A stretch of 64,000 nt of DNA, taken from the NCBI RefSeq assembly GCF_009914755.1, contig NC_060929.1, one strand, 5' to 3'. Under the pieces are notes generated by a model. It saw nothing but the letters and a program-made list of their open reading frames with translations. It did no database searches and was not told the origin of the DNA. Positions 1 through 14,194 of this stretch are shown here, piece by piece (position 1 is the stretch's first letter; the number at the start of each line of letters is the position of its first letter). Made by a program: the position numbers and the translations under genes. Source of the stretch: the human T2T-CHM13v2.0 reference genome, Homo sapiens.

Positions 1-529
1 TAAGCTTGCCCAAGATCTACTATCCTGTACACAAATGCACAACTATTTTTGTCACTCTTCTATAGAGCTAGCATTCTGGACAAATTTAACAGGAATGTTT
101 TTGAAAAAAAAGTGGATAAATGTCATTCAAAGTGCAAGAAAGCTGAAGAAAATTTTACTAATTCAAAAAAGAGTGTAAACTTGTTACTTTTAACACAAAA
201 TTTTAAAATATTTTTGGTGATTAAGAAAATCATTGATCAATATAAATAGGGGCAAATATGAAGTAGAAAGAGTTTTAAAATATCACTCTTTATACTCAAT
301 TTCCTTCTTTCAAATGCTTATCTATTATTCTTGATCTGTTATAATAGTCTCTTGACCAGCAGCTACTTAAGCCCAGTGTTTGATTTTCCCCATTAACCCT
401 AAAATATTTATTGATTGTCTAGCTAACAATGGTTTTCCAGGGCATACATGCTATAAACACAAGTTTAGGAACCAAAACTCTTTCTGATATGCTAGCAATT
501 AACATTTTAACATTTCCATAATACACAGT

Positions 530-985
530 GTATCAGTTAGGGCTAGGTTTTATCAAAGAAAAGAGGCCCAAAATAACAGTGGCTGAAAGAAGACAAATGC
601 ATCTGTCTTTCACTTACAATTCTTAAGGCAAGTAATCAGGTGCTGGCCTAGCAGCTTTGCTACATAAAGCCCATGGAGACCTGACCCCTTTCCACTTCTA
701 TGCTTTGCCATCACTATACATGGACTCCAATTGTCATAGGCCAAAATGAAGCTCAAGTGTTGACAGTTATGTTCCAAGTAAATTTTATGGGGGAAGAAGG
801 AAAGAAGAAGAAAAGAAAACATGCTGCCACACAACATTTCTGCTTCTGTCTCTTTAGCTAGGTCTCAGGCATAAGCACATACCTAATTTAAATGGAATTT
901 AAGAATTCAGTCTCCATCCAAGTGTACATGGGCCAAGCTAAATGCAATGACTGTTACAGAAAGAGAATGATACTGTGGTGAGATA
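530..985 (-). mobile_element. Old MaLR solo LTR (MLT1-type), degraded
   Basis: TATCAGTTAGG...AAATAACAGTGGCTGAA resembles the reverse-strand MLT1 terminus; boundaries approximate. Confidence 0.55.
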
Positions 986-1889
986 CACAAAACTCCTCCA
1001 TGCTATATCGTATCTACAATGTTCTCTTGATTCCATGTCTACATATCTTAATTCCTTTAGGTATAGACAGTTTTCCTGGAGGGCAGCAAAGATAATGCCA
1101 AGTATGACAGCACCAAGTTACCAATCTTGCTGTAATCCAAAGATATTCTTAAAAATTAACTTTCTTCCGGTCCAGAGTTCCTTCCAACTATCGAAATTGC
1201 CTGGTAGAATAGATAAGACCAAGTGATTTTGAAAACATTTGGTTAAATTGCACTGTTTTCAAGCATATCTGCAAGAAATAGAAGATATTTGCAGTACCTA
1301 GAATGTTCTCGAGAGTTCAATATTTGTCCACGCTTTTATCCACGCTGCAAAGATTCCCCACGTGATTTCACTGATGTTCTCCATTTAAGTCTCTCAGAAA
1401 CTCCACCTGAGAACTCTCACTCAGGTGGAGTTAGCTGAAATGAATATTGCTCTAGTCTCTTCCTAATTAGTAGTTTCTTCATTTCATGTGGCTTTTATTA
1501 ACATGAAATGAAGCTCTTGAATTCCAACTGAGATCTTACCTCACTTTGGATTACAAGAATAAAAACAGTTGGCAACCTATTTCTCCCTACTGTGTTCAGA
1601 TCTCCTAATATCCTTCTGAATGCTGTAGAATGCTCTGATTTGGCACACTGTGTTCCTACCAACATAACAAATAGCATATAAACCCATTATATTGTTATTC
1701 GTTAATAAACTTTGTAAAAAATGTATCTTAGGTACTCGTTGCTTATTAATGTACTACAATAATGTAATCTATCATTACTTATTTCCCTTCTGGTTATTTT
1801 TACCAAATAGAGTACAGTCATTTTGTTCTTGCTCAATCTAAATATGTTCTGTATTTTCTTTTCTTATTTTCATTGCACTAGTGAGGTAG

Positions 1890-2095
1890 TAAAGCTGGTA
1901 GTTAAGTAAGGCAACGTAGCAAGAGTTCCTACATTCCCTCATACTCTGAGGACTTTACATAAGTTACCAAAACCTTTTTGTGTTGTGGTTTCCTCATCTG
2001 TAAAACAGAGTTTAGTAGTAGCTGTATCATAGTGTCGTTATGAAGCTTAAATAAGTCGTTAAAACAGAAATACTTGATAAATCTTAGCTGTTATG
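1890..2095 (+). mobile_element. MIR SINE fragment
   Basis: MIR core GTTTCCTCATCTGTAAAA with AAGTTAC upstream. Confidence 0.7.
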
Positions 2096-3069
2096 CACTT
2101 CACCTAGAATTAGCTTGCCCTAATTGACTGACCATATACATCTCCATTTAGTTTTAATTTCTCTCCTCCCTAGTCTCACATAATGTTTTGACAAAGCTTT
2201 GTTAAGGGACTTAGAGTGTACTTTTTATTGGGGTGGCTGTGTATGTATCTGTTGTCTTGATGAACTTGTGAGCTCTTACAGAGTAGGCTTTATCATATCT
2301 TCTTCATCTTTGATTTACCAGTAATGTCTTACATTCATAATAGTTATTTAATATGTTTGTTTAATTATATTTAACATTTTAGGAAAAAGGTATAAAAGTG
2401 TAACACCTACAATATTGTTTAGCTTTTCAATTTTTTTCCTGGAATCAGTAATTTGATATGTAATATAAGAAATGATGTTTTAAGAGCAAAAGCAATTACT
2501 GATATTCTTTATTGGTAGTTTTTGCCTTCTTTGCAATCACAAATTTTTAGATATCTGTTGATTGATCAGTTTATGAATATTTCATTTTAAATTATCCCAA
2601 ATGTTCTGCAGCCTTTGGAGAATACTTATTATTGTATAGACAGCTTGAATGTGTCTTCTCTGGAGCCTTTCCTCACTAGCTCTCAGTTAATATATTGCTT
2701 TATTCTTAGCTTTTTCAGAATGTTTTTGTCATATTTCTATCAGGATTTGTGGCACAATATTGTAGTGACATATTTACACATTTGTCTTTTCAAAATGTGT
2801 ATTTTCAAAATAAGTGTCTACATTTTTATTATTTCATGTTCTATCATCCTATATATCTGAAAGTTTATTGATTATATAAGTGTGTGTTTAATATCCTATA
2901 TTTTATTTTCCACATTTATTCAATTGTATGATGATAATTCATTGTTGGCATGATGATCTCAAAATACTTCATGATTATCATGGTAGTTAAATAGAATTAA
3001 ACAGTTTGTTGACTTAGTATAGCAGCAAATAAACAAATACTTGAGAGAGATGTTTAGTGAGACTTGGAG

Positions 3070-3290
3070 GCAGTGGAATTCATGTGTTTAGGAAGTCAAT
3101 CTCTAGAATCAGATTGTCTTTATTCACTTTCTGCCCCTTGCTTTAACTGACCTTGGACAGCTTACTAACTTCTCTGTGTCTTGTTAGAGATAATTGTCCA
3201 TAACTCATAGAGTTGTTGATAGGATCAAATGAGTTAATAAAGGAAAAGCCCTGAGAGTTTTATGTCTGACATATAATAAACACTGTTCAT
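3070..3290 (+). mobile_element. MIR SINE
   Basis: TGACCTTGGACAGCTTACTAACTTCTCTGTG...GTTGTTGATAGGATCAAATGAGTTAATA. Confidence 0.75.
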
Positions 3291-5479
3291 AGGATACCAA
3301 CAAGACCATTCAATAAATCATGGCACCCCATTTTCTGAGCATTTGAGTCCATGAATATTTAACCATACAGAGTTGTTTCCCTGCATTTTCTGTATTGGTT
3401 AGAATGTGTCATTGGCACTAAAGAGAGAATTTTAATAAATATTGAAGTCATTGGAAAGAAAGGATGAGGAGAGTGAGCCCTAGGATAAAAATGTGGGTCA
3501 GCAGAAGAGTTGGATCTGCAGGACAAAAACTGTCTTATACACAACTACCCAGATCTGGGAGGGAATCAAAGCCAGGTGGCAGCTAATGCGGTGTTTGGAA
3601 TGTGATAGCAGAACTCAGTTGCAGTTGACTAGTCTCTTCCTCTTAAATAACATCATGCATTTTAATGGTTTTATACTGAATGTTTAATGGCACATTTTAT
3701 AAGTTGAAACTGCCATCTTCTCAATTTCATTTGTCATTTGGATGCCAGAAGCCCAAAACTTCCTTTCATATAATTCTCCTGAGAAGTCAACCTCATTGAA
3801 AAATACTTGTTTTTATCTGTTCACATGAATATATACATTAACATTCAAAGGAATAGTTTTCTTTACCTTCATATTAACAAGTTCCACACCTATGTTTTCA
3901 ACAACTGGATTTCATGTTAGATTTGATATTTTACTATTTCCAGATCATAAATTTGAAAGCCTTCTTACCAATCCCTTTTTGATCACTAAGAATTTCTACT
4001 ACATTAAAATTAAAATTAAAATAAAGAATTAATTGCATATTTGTTACCCAATCACATGTATTTATAGTGCTCCATAACATAAATGTTTCAGGAGATGATT
4101 GCTCTTCTTTTACCTCTTGGTTTTCCATGCCTCAGAGAAAAGTCCTCTGCCACTTGACAGTTTTGTAGTTCTTGTCAATACTTGACATGTGTCTAACTCC
4201 CCTGTGGCCTACTCTACTAGCTAAACTAGAAGATATCAGCGGCTCAACATAAAATGAGAAACATGTGGAAAGTCAGTTTATCTTTATTACTCTAAAAAAA
4301 ATATAGACCCTCTGTTTTCTATTGAGAAAAATAGAGTACAAATAGTCTAGATTATTGTGAGGATTTTATGAGCGTCTTCTGTAAAAGTGCCTCATATAGA
4401 GTAAGTTTATAAAAATAAAATTTAGCTAGTCTACTTCAGCCTGAACTTGATGAGAGAATGAATGATAAATATTAACCTCTTATTTAATTCGTACTGCTGT
4501 GCCCTCCCTAAAGGAAATTCCTTGGGTTCAGGCATTCAAAGGTAACCTCTACTTTGGAGGACATGTTTAGTAGTTTGAAAGTCCTCAGGCACATTCTGCA
4601 GGAGTCCCAAAGTCTGTTTGCCTGGGGTCTTCTTGCCAGCTGAGTAGTCCTCTTGGCCACATACTGTCAAGCTGGCCTTAGCCATCGTCTACAGTATCCG
4701 CTTGGCTCACAGGAAATCACGCAGCCTTGCTGAGCCAAAGGAGGGGAAAACTGGCTGCCTCACCATAGACTGTTCTCTCAGTCTAAATATCTCTTTTACT
4801 TCTCTTTTATTCCATTTCTTCCTGCTTAAATACAACAGAGGGTAAAACAGCAATGTCTAACTATAAAATGAGTTAAACAGTGCTAGCCTTTCATTATAGC
4901 AGGTAGTCCCAATTTCTAAAAGAGCTTCCTGTGGATTCTCTTTCCTTCAGGTTTCTCACCATCTGGTGTTTAGCTCATCTCCTTTTGCTGTGTCTTCTCC
5001 ATCATATTGGTATTTCCAAGATCTCAAAAGAAAGAAAGTGAAGTTCTTAGTCAGGACTCACTGTCCTTCAATTTTCCTAGGTGACTACTCACATAGGCTT
5101 TGGGGGTGAGTGTGTTGGTGTCTGCACAGTGAATTGGGTCACCTCTTAACAAACCCTGCAAGGGGTGTCTTTCTTTCCTTCCTCTTTCAAATGTGAGAAT
5201 ATACTTAGCAGCTATTGTTTTCAACTTAGAAGACCAGAGCTGAATTTCTGAGATGTCAGAAAATGTCCCTTCAGTATTTTGTTGCTATTTCTGAAGGAAT
5301 TTCAGGCAAGAACATACATTAGAACAGAGAAATGTGTGCTAATACCTCATGAAGTCTTCTGGAACAAGTGACAACTCTGCCAATGGGTGAGTGACAACTC
5401 TGCCAGAGAGTGACAACTCTACCCTGGCTGTGACTTACACATGCAAATAATTATTATATTACTAACAATAAAGAAGAAG

Positions 5480-5725
5480 ATGATAATGCCTCACATTTAC
5501 AGGTCTCATTATTTTTCAATAACTTTTTTAAGAGCTTTGAAGCTGCTAACACATTTAATCCCCACAGTAACTCTCTAAGAAAGTACTATTTAACTTATTT
5601 GACAGTTGAAGGAACTGAAACACAGAGAAGTTAAATAACTTCCTTAAAATATCACAGATGAGAAGCAGTAGAACCAGTCTTTGAACCTGGGAAATCTTGT
5701 TTCAAAGCCTCCCATATTAGCTAAT
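5480..5725 (-). mobile_element. MIR SINE
   Basis: GGAACTGAAACACAGAGAAGTTAAATAACTT...TTTGAACCTGGG is the reverse MIR core. Confidence 0.8.
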
Positions 5726-6864
5726 ACCTCTTACTAAATAAAATATAATTAAATAATGATATATTATATCAACTAATATGATCACCTTTAAATGAAATAA
5801 TAACTATTATTAATCATGGATAAAAGTATATTTTTTCCAGGTATTTATTTTGGCTAAAATATTTAGATAACATTTGTTAGTTTTCTTTAAAACTCTATAT
5901 ATCATGACCTCACAAAATTAAATCTTAATAATGTAAGATGGTCAATGAAATATTGCAGCATTTTAGGCAAACTTCAATGATGGTTATTAAAAATATTAAT
6001 TTCAGTATGAATATTTTAAAATTATAAGATTAAATGTACAGATTTCATCCTCTTTTGACATTTGGCATCTATATTTATTTAACTGTCTTACTAATGTTGG
6101 TCCTGTACCCTGCTAATACAATTTTTTTTTATTTCCGTTCAATCATTTTAAGTCTCATATTATTTTCAGTGTATTTTCAGATGACAAATCCTTAACACAA
6201 AAACACTTTTTAATATATTCCACAGTTTACTTTTTCACTCTAATATTCTTATCCAGAAATATAGTGTATGCACAATCAGTCACTGTGGTAGCAAACAGAA
6301 GTTTAATCACTGGGAAATTCTTCGAAATAAATATTTCGTTGAATACAAATATTCTAAATTAATAAAGCCAATCGTATCCACTATACCCAAAATGTTCTTA
6401 AGGAAATACATATCTATATTGAAATACAGTTAATCCTTTGTAAAATATATTTTCTTTAGGTATTCAATTTTATTTAAAATCATAATTTATTATAAAATAC
6501 TAAGAAACATTGTCTAAAAAGGAGAAATTGTATTAAAATGTTTCCTGAGATGGAAACAATTTTTTTTAGCTTTTTTTTTTTTTTTTTAAAGACTTCAGCA
6601 GGTAAATACAAAGTAATTTTCCTAGCTGGTAAAATTCATCCCCTAGGAAGATTAACTAGTGTAAATGTCAATATTGCATGGTTCATTTATTGAAAGCCAA
6701 ACTATTTGAGTGACTTTGGATGTGTTATTACAGTTAATGATTCTTATTAAAAACAACAAAAGAATGCATCAATCAGGAGGTATAAGGAAAGGAAAAATAA
6801 CTTTGAAACATTGGTTTTCTTCATAAATTCAGATTTGTTGAAATCTGAGGAGTCTTATGCTAAC

Positions 6865-7390
6865 ATCATCTTGGTTATCTATTTCTTTGTAACACACTAC
6901 CCTAAAAGCACCTGGTTTAACCATTTCATTTCACTAATAACGTTATGTGTCATAAACTTGCAATGAACTTGGTTCTTAGGCTGGATGCTTAGCCTCTGAT
7001 GAAAGTAGCTTCAGTTGGGGTGTCTAACAGAGGATCTACTGGCCAGTCTGTCTCCTCCATGGTCTTGGTCTTTGTATTTCATTTTCTGCAAAGCAAATCA
7101 TCCAATCATCCGCTTAGGCTCTTCTTGTGGTTTAGGCTTCTCAGAGTTTGGCAACCTCAGGATATTTGAACTTCTTACAAGGTGGATCATGGTCCCCAGA
7201 CATCCAGGTGAAATCTGCCAATCCTTTGAATTCCTAAATGCAGAGATGGCATCATGTCCCTTCTATCACATTCTATTTGTCAAAGCAGTCCCAATTTAGC
7301 ACAGATTCAAGGGGAGGAGAAAAAAAATAGACCCCTACCTCTTTGTGACAATAAAATCAAGTGATTTGTGGCTATCTTTAATTTTAATAT
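6865..7390 (-). mobile_element. MaLR solo LTR (MLT1G/H-like)
   Basis: Starts GGTTATCTATTTCTTTGTAACACACTACCCTAAAA; contains CACATTCTATTTGTCAAAGCAGTC...CAGATTCAAGGGGAGG typical of MLT1. Confidence 0.7.
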
Positions 7391-7688
7391 GTATTTGTTA
7401 AAAGGACACTCTTGAAATATTCTTTTACTTCCTAGTTTTGCTTGCTCTATTTCAAACCAGTGCTGCATTAGTTAACATGTGGCTCACCATACACTTTCTA
7501 ATGAGAAAGCTTCAAAAAGCTCAATCCCCAAATGCCAGTACAAACACTAGCCTGGCAAAAAGTCACCTGAATTCCTCCCTCTAATATACAGAACCCAAGC
7601 TGCATGGACTTGTTCTCCGAACACAGAAAACATTATAGTAAACAAGGGATTTGAGTTTAGATATTTACCCAGCTTCTCTGCACCCTGA

Positions 7689-7692
<4 letters not shown>

Positions 7693-7739
<47 letters not shown>
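7693..7739. repeat. Poly-T tract (T47)
   Basis: Uninterrupted run of 47 T. Confidence 0.98.
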
Positions 7740-7741
<2 letters not shown>

Positions 7742-9294
7742 CTCAATCCTCTGCCAGGAGATCCGGCTGCTTTTCTCACACTTTGGCTCCTCACCTCCCC
7801 TAAGCTAATATGCACTCCCTAGCAAATTATAAGCATTCAGAACTGGAGCAGAGACTGTGGCTTGAGGGTAAAATTAACTCTACCAGCTGAATAGTTTCCC
7901 CTCTTCATCAAAATGTGCAGTTGGAGGCTTTAAAAAATGTCTATGTGCATAAACTTTGTTATTAGTTGAAAGCGGAAATAAATGCTAGATAAAAAGTTTT
8001 CACATATGAGAGGCCTGAAACATTCTATACTTTTATGCACCACTTAGTGTGTAGTCATTTCCTGCTTTGTTCTTTTGTTGCACTATTTAAAATGCTTTAT
8101 CTCTCATTTTTTAGTTCATACATGTTGGAAATACTTACTGAAGGTTATTATGAACTATGATGTTCTTTTATTGTTGAAGTATTCCCTACTTTAGAGTTAA
8201 TGGGTTTCATTCAAGGTCCATGATCCACCTAAGATTAATAGTAAGATGATAGAGTGTACAAATGAATATCATAACATATCGTCCTTCAGCTGGTTCTTGA
8301 AAGCTACAAGAGACAGAATATGGTTATAAATATATACAAATATGTAATCTCCATTGTTTTTATATATAATGCTACTGTACATTACAATATCCTGAAGAAA
8401 ATGGCATTCTTCACGATTTTATTCACTTGACCAGTGAATGCTTTTCTATCCTTTGGCATTGGAGTGCTGTGCCTTTTAAGGATGTTGTCAGCCTATGCTA
8501 ATTGAAATGTTTATAAAATGCTGATTCTGAAATATTGCAGCTTAACAGTTCAATAGTTCTTTAATGGGCCCTCTGTTTTATTAATGAAATGATTTATAGA
8601 AATATTTAATCTCACTGATTTACCATTAGCATTAATGAGTCTAGTTATTAAGCACTCTATTTCCAAAGGCTATGAAAACAGCCCTGGCAAGTGTGTAGTA
8701 TTTTGCGATGAGTTATTTGTGCTGAGATAGAATCAATGCTGTGGGAAGCTTATTCCTCAAGTGGAACAGCATTATTTATAAACATGTAACTTGATGACTC
8801 TTTTTGTAATTTTCATACCATTGCTTTTTTTACAAGAAATTTAATATCAATTATGAAAACCATCCCACAGCATTTTAAAGACATTTAGATGATATATAAA
8901 TATATTTTTCATATTAATTAAACTATGCTATGACAGTAAACCATTTAAAAATACTTAAACTGATCCTTGAGGAATACAAAGGTTTATTCTTTAGAGAAAC
9001 CACATTTGTATTTCCTATTGTCTCTGGTAAATATTTAAGATAACTATTACTATTTACCCAGAGAACCTTCTTTAAATAACAGACTGAACCCCACAAAATA
9101 TTTGTGTCTACTTATGACAATATTTCCTTTCTGTATATTTAAAGATTTCACATTTTATGGACAGAATTTAGTTACATATCTTAAGTATATTTATGTGACA
9201 ACTCTTCAACATGTGACGTCACACTTTAGGGTTCCTCCTCTCCCCTCCCCTTCTTTCCCCTCTCTTCCTCTCCTTTTTTGTCTTTCAAAGGAAA

Positions 9295-9555
9295 TAAACA
9301 TAGTGGTTCAGAGGATGGATTTTAGAGGCAAACTAACTTGAATTTAGATACTTACACTTTGCTAGCTACGTGACTTTAGGCAAGTCCTTTTGACTTTCTG
9401 AATCTCTGCTTCTTCCCCAGAAAAAAAAAATAGGGATAAAAGCAAAATTGTGTACCTTTTAGGTTTTATATAAAAGCAATAAAATATTGCATGAAGAGAA
9501 TTTAGAGCACAGCCAAGTTTATAAATACATTTAATAAACATTAGCTATCATCATA
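9295..9555 (+). mobile_element. MIR SINE
   Basis: TAGTGGTTCAGAG...GCTACGTGACTTTAGGCAAGTC...AATAAACATTAGCTATCATCAT. Confidence 0.75.
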
Positions 9556-10879
9556 ATAAATATGGTCTAAAATCAAAACAGGAGGAGAGAACTAAGAAAA
9601 AGATCATTTTAATTGTATCAAGAATGAATAGAATTGTAATGCTGGATAACCTCTAAAAGTTTTTTCTAAAGTAGATATTTATATGATTGCATTCTGAAAC
9701 AAAGTTCTAACCTCTCTTCTACATTTTAACCTGTGGTAATCATGCTTAAAACTTTAAATATGTCTTAAATTAGCTCATTTTAGGAGGCATAAAGATGATG
9801 ACCTATAAACTATTGAGTAGGATTGAAAGTTGTAGAGCATTCAAAACACTGTAATGGTTTCCAGTACACCCATTCCAAAGGTCACAAATTCCCCAATCTC
9901 TGGCTGTCTTTAAACTAACTTGTACTGAAAGCAACTGATTCTTATAATGACTTGTCACAACTCTCAGTGAGAAACCATCAAGTGAGAATTAAAAGAAACA
10001 AATTTCTTGCTGACTAATTTATTCATAGATATTTCGAACTTAGAAGGACCATATAGAATTAGATAATGTAATACAACCACCACTTTATAAAAGGGGGAGT
10101 AAAAACCTAAGAAGCTAATTTGTTTGCCGAATATGACAAAGGAAATACGTAGCAGAAATAGCTTTAATACTAGTTTTCTAAGCTAGTTTTCTACCCTTTC
10201 CATAGTAAAACTTACAGTGTATTATTTTTATAAAATTGACTGTTCCATATGAACAGGAAGACAATGTGGCATTACAAGAATAAAATAAGTGCTATTATCT
10301 GCTATTTTGGACAGTTCTTTATTGTAGCTCTTATGATAGTATGCACCTTTGCATGTAAACATACTTCAGCAGCTGGAACCCAGAAGCAATGCTTCACATG
10401 GAAGCACTTTACATTTGGTCTCCTTGCTTTATGTCTCAGTCTGCTTTTATCAATCAAAAGACAAAAATAATTTATAAGAGAAAAGACACTGCATTAACAT
10501 CAAAATGCCGATTCTTTGGGAATGAAATGGAGAATATGTAAATTTTAAAAATATTGAACTAATAAAAAGAGCTAGGCTAAGACACTCAGTATCAGGATGA
10601 AAAATGTCAAATTCATAATTTTTTTGTTGGAGAAGATATATTTATTTGTGGTTATTTCATAATTTCATTATTTGTGGTAACTTTGCATATAAATATCACT
10701 TTAAAAATAGATATATATATATACTTTTGTTGCTTAGTGAATTTCAAGGAAGATATAATGTATATGCACACAACACAATTGTAAAGATAATTCTAGACTT
10801 GAATTTATTTTTTTCTATGACATTAAGGTTGACTTGAGATTCTTACTGCATTTGAGCTTTTAAAACATTTTTTGATTGC

Positions 10880-11120
10880 CTTGTTAGTGGTTCAGAACAC
10901 TCCAGAGAAACACAAGAATCAGACTCTTTAGAATTATATCTGTTATTCTAATTTCTTGCTGTGAGACCTTGAGCAAGTTAACTAATTCACCTAAACTTCA
11001 GTCTTCTCATTTCTAAAATGGGAATTATATGGAATCTACCCTTAGAATTGTGGAGATCAAATATGACAGGGTATGAAAATGTAAGTTCTTAATATATATT
11101 ACATATTATTGCTGTCATTA
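10880..11120 (+). mobile_element. MIR SINE
   Basis: GCTGTGAGACCTTGAGCAAGTTA...CTTCAGTCTTCTCATTTCTAAAATGGGAAT. Confidence 0.75.
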
Positions 11121-12793
11121 TTAACTTAAATGTGTAAACACTCAATTTCAACTAGACTTTTAAAATGAATTGGTTGTTTTCATTGGTGAGATTGTGAATT
11201 CAAAATTTTTGGTGTATAATTTGAAAAACATCAAGTGCTTCAAATATTTTTACATCATTTGACTTCTAGTAATTCACCACGTTTATGTTTATTTATATTA
11301 AATTGAATAGGTGCATTAAAAAATGTTGTAACATGCTATCCTGAAAACATTGTTTATAAAAGGTAGTTAATATACGGAATGTGCTATGCTGAAGCTACTA
11401 AAAATTTCTTAGAGTGATTAATGAAAGAACAAACAAAATATTCATATTGGCTGAATCTTAGTTCTAAACATAGGAATTTGCTTCAAATATTTAACCAAAG
11501 ATGTTTACCAATACTTATTTAAAAGAATGTTCACTGGAAAACTTTTATAATTACTTAAAAAGGGAGGATATCAGTATGTTCAAAATAAGGAATTGTTCAT
11601 TATATTAATACCATTATGAGGTCACTGAGAAACTTTAAACAAGAATATTTAAAGACAGGGAATTTTAACATATTGTTAATTGGGAGAAAAGCAAATTATA
11701 AATAATTACAATTCTGCTCATTATATATATATATATGTATATATATACACACACACACATAAAAATGCTTATAAATTATATAACTATTTCTAGTTCCTGG
11801 AAATATTGAGAACCAATGCTAATTTTACCCCTTGACTGCCTCCCCTACAATCATCCCTGGAGAAACTAGTACTAAAAAACATTGATTTGAAGTACTAACA
11901 CAAACCAACCCGAACCAGAATGTGAGAAACCTCTAGCAAATCTGAATGCTGTCTTGAACTTGTATACATGTGTGTATGTAGGGAATGGGGTGGTGTCTGA
12001 AGCCCGATAGGGGAGGTTGGCCAGAGGTTCTTCATGAAAGAATGATTTCAGGTCTTATATTTCTTGGTGACAATGATTGCCTTTTCCTTCCCAAAGAAGT
12101 TAGTCCAGCATAGGCACCTGTTGCAATAAAACCTAGCAGACTGATTGGCTACCCTTCTATCATTCACCTCAGCCCTTCTAAAACCTTAGATTGGTGGACT
12201 GCAATCTAGGAAAGCTGTTTCCTCCAATGAAGCTGTTTTTTGAAGATTTGAAGATCATAAATCATGGTTCCGTGTATTCATCTGATGGAGTTGTTCCAGA
12301 AAGGAAACATAAACAGTGATTTTTGCCTCCTTAGGGTTCTCCATCCTAGAACTCATCACCACCCCAGTCCTCACATTGGTTGGCATTTCTCTTGCATACT
12401 ACCAAATACAATAGCTGATACTTCAGACAGAAAATGAGCTTACAGGCTAAAATAAAGTTCATAAAATGGGGGAGGGAAAAAAGAGCACTGACACTGTATT
12501 GAAACAGTGCTTTTATCTGACTGTTGTATTATGGGTAATTATTGTTTTCATTATAATTTTCTGGCATTTTCTAAGTTTTTGGCCAAAAGCACAATAGGGC
12601 TTCTTAATTTGTATTATCAGAATAAGTGAGGTAACATCTTTTTAAAATAAGATTTAATTTCATCATCTCAAGGATTCATAGAATTCCATATTTGCAAGTA
12701 AGTTTTTATCAAAGCTTTATAATCCCCTTTAAAATTTATTTTGTTTTGCATGTTTGAATATCATTTTTTAAAAGTCAAATAGATGTCATGATA

Positions 12794-13065
12794 TGTTCAG
12801 TAGTCCCCCAAACCACTCTCAGGTTCAATGATCTATTAGAAGAACTCACAGAACTCAGGTTTATTTCAGTGAAAGTGTACAGATTAAACACATAGAGTCC
12901 AGGAGAGAAGAGGCGCATGCTTCCAGTTCTCCTCTCCCGGTGGAGTCACAGGGACAATGCTTAATTAATTCAGTAAGTGTGTGACAATATGCAAAAATAT
13001 TGACAACCAGGGAAGCTCAATCTGATAACTTGGAACTTTGGGGTCTAGATTTATTATTGGTCATT
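12794..13065 (-). mobile_element. MER21-family LTR fragment
   Basis: CCCCCAAACCACTCTCAGGTTCAATGATCTATTAGAAGAACTCACAGAACTCAG...CCAGGGAAGCTCA matches recalled MER21C. Confidence 0.75.
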
Positions 13066-13152
13066 GCTCAATAGACCAATAATATATACTTATACTGATA
13101 CATACTTACGTCATTTGAAAAAGCCATATACCTAATATCATTGGGGTGTCTA

Positions 13153-13597
<445 letters not shown>

Positions 13598-14005
13598 TAT
13601 GTTGTTTTTTTACTTCTCTTATTTGGTTGACAGAGAATGTTATATGGATGAATATAGGGATTTCTATAATTCTGAGAAATTTTTAATCTCTAAGAAAATC
13701 AGACACTAACAGGAAAGCATTTGGAGAAATCATCACTATTCTAGCCCAATGAAAAGAACTGATATGTAGTTATATACCACTAGCATCCATTTAAGTTCTG
13801 ATTTTCCATTTTAAGTCAGATAGGCATAATTTTATTATCAAATGTAGATTAAAAAGAGTTATCATATTGTTATGAGATCGCTGGGGGGGTGTCGATTTTT
13901 CTGGCCAGAAACCTCTGTGGCTGCAGCACCTTTGCCTGAGTTCTTGTCCTGCAGCTAGGAATAATGAGGTAGGCAGACAAGTGAAGGGTGAAGAAGAAGA
14001 GTTTT

Positions 14006-14135
14006 TTTTTGAAACGGAGTCTTGCTCTGTCACCCAGGCTGCAGTGCAGTGGCGTGATAGCAGCTTACTGCAACCTGCGCCTCCCAAGTTCAACCAATTT
14101 TCCTGACTCAGCCTCCCAAGTGGCTGGGATTGCAG

Positions 14136-14194
<59 letters not shown>

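Noticed and set aside
11780-12480. Moderately GC-raised unique-looking block
   Set aside because: No ORF or recognisable motif cluster; flanked by L1ME-like sequence and probably an old L1-related 5' relic that I cannot assign
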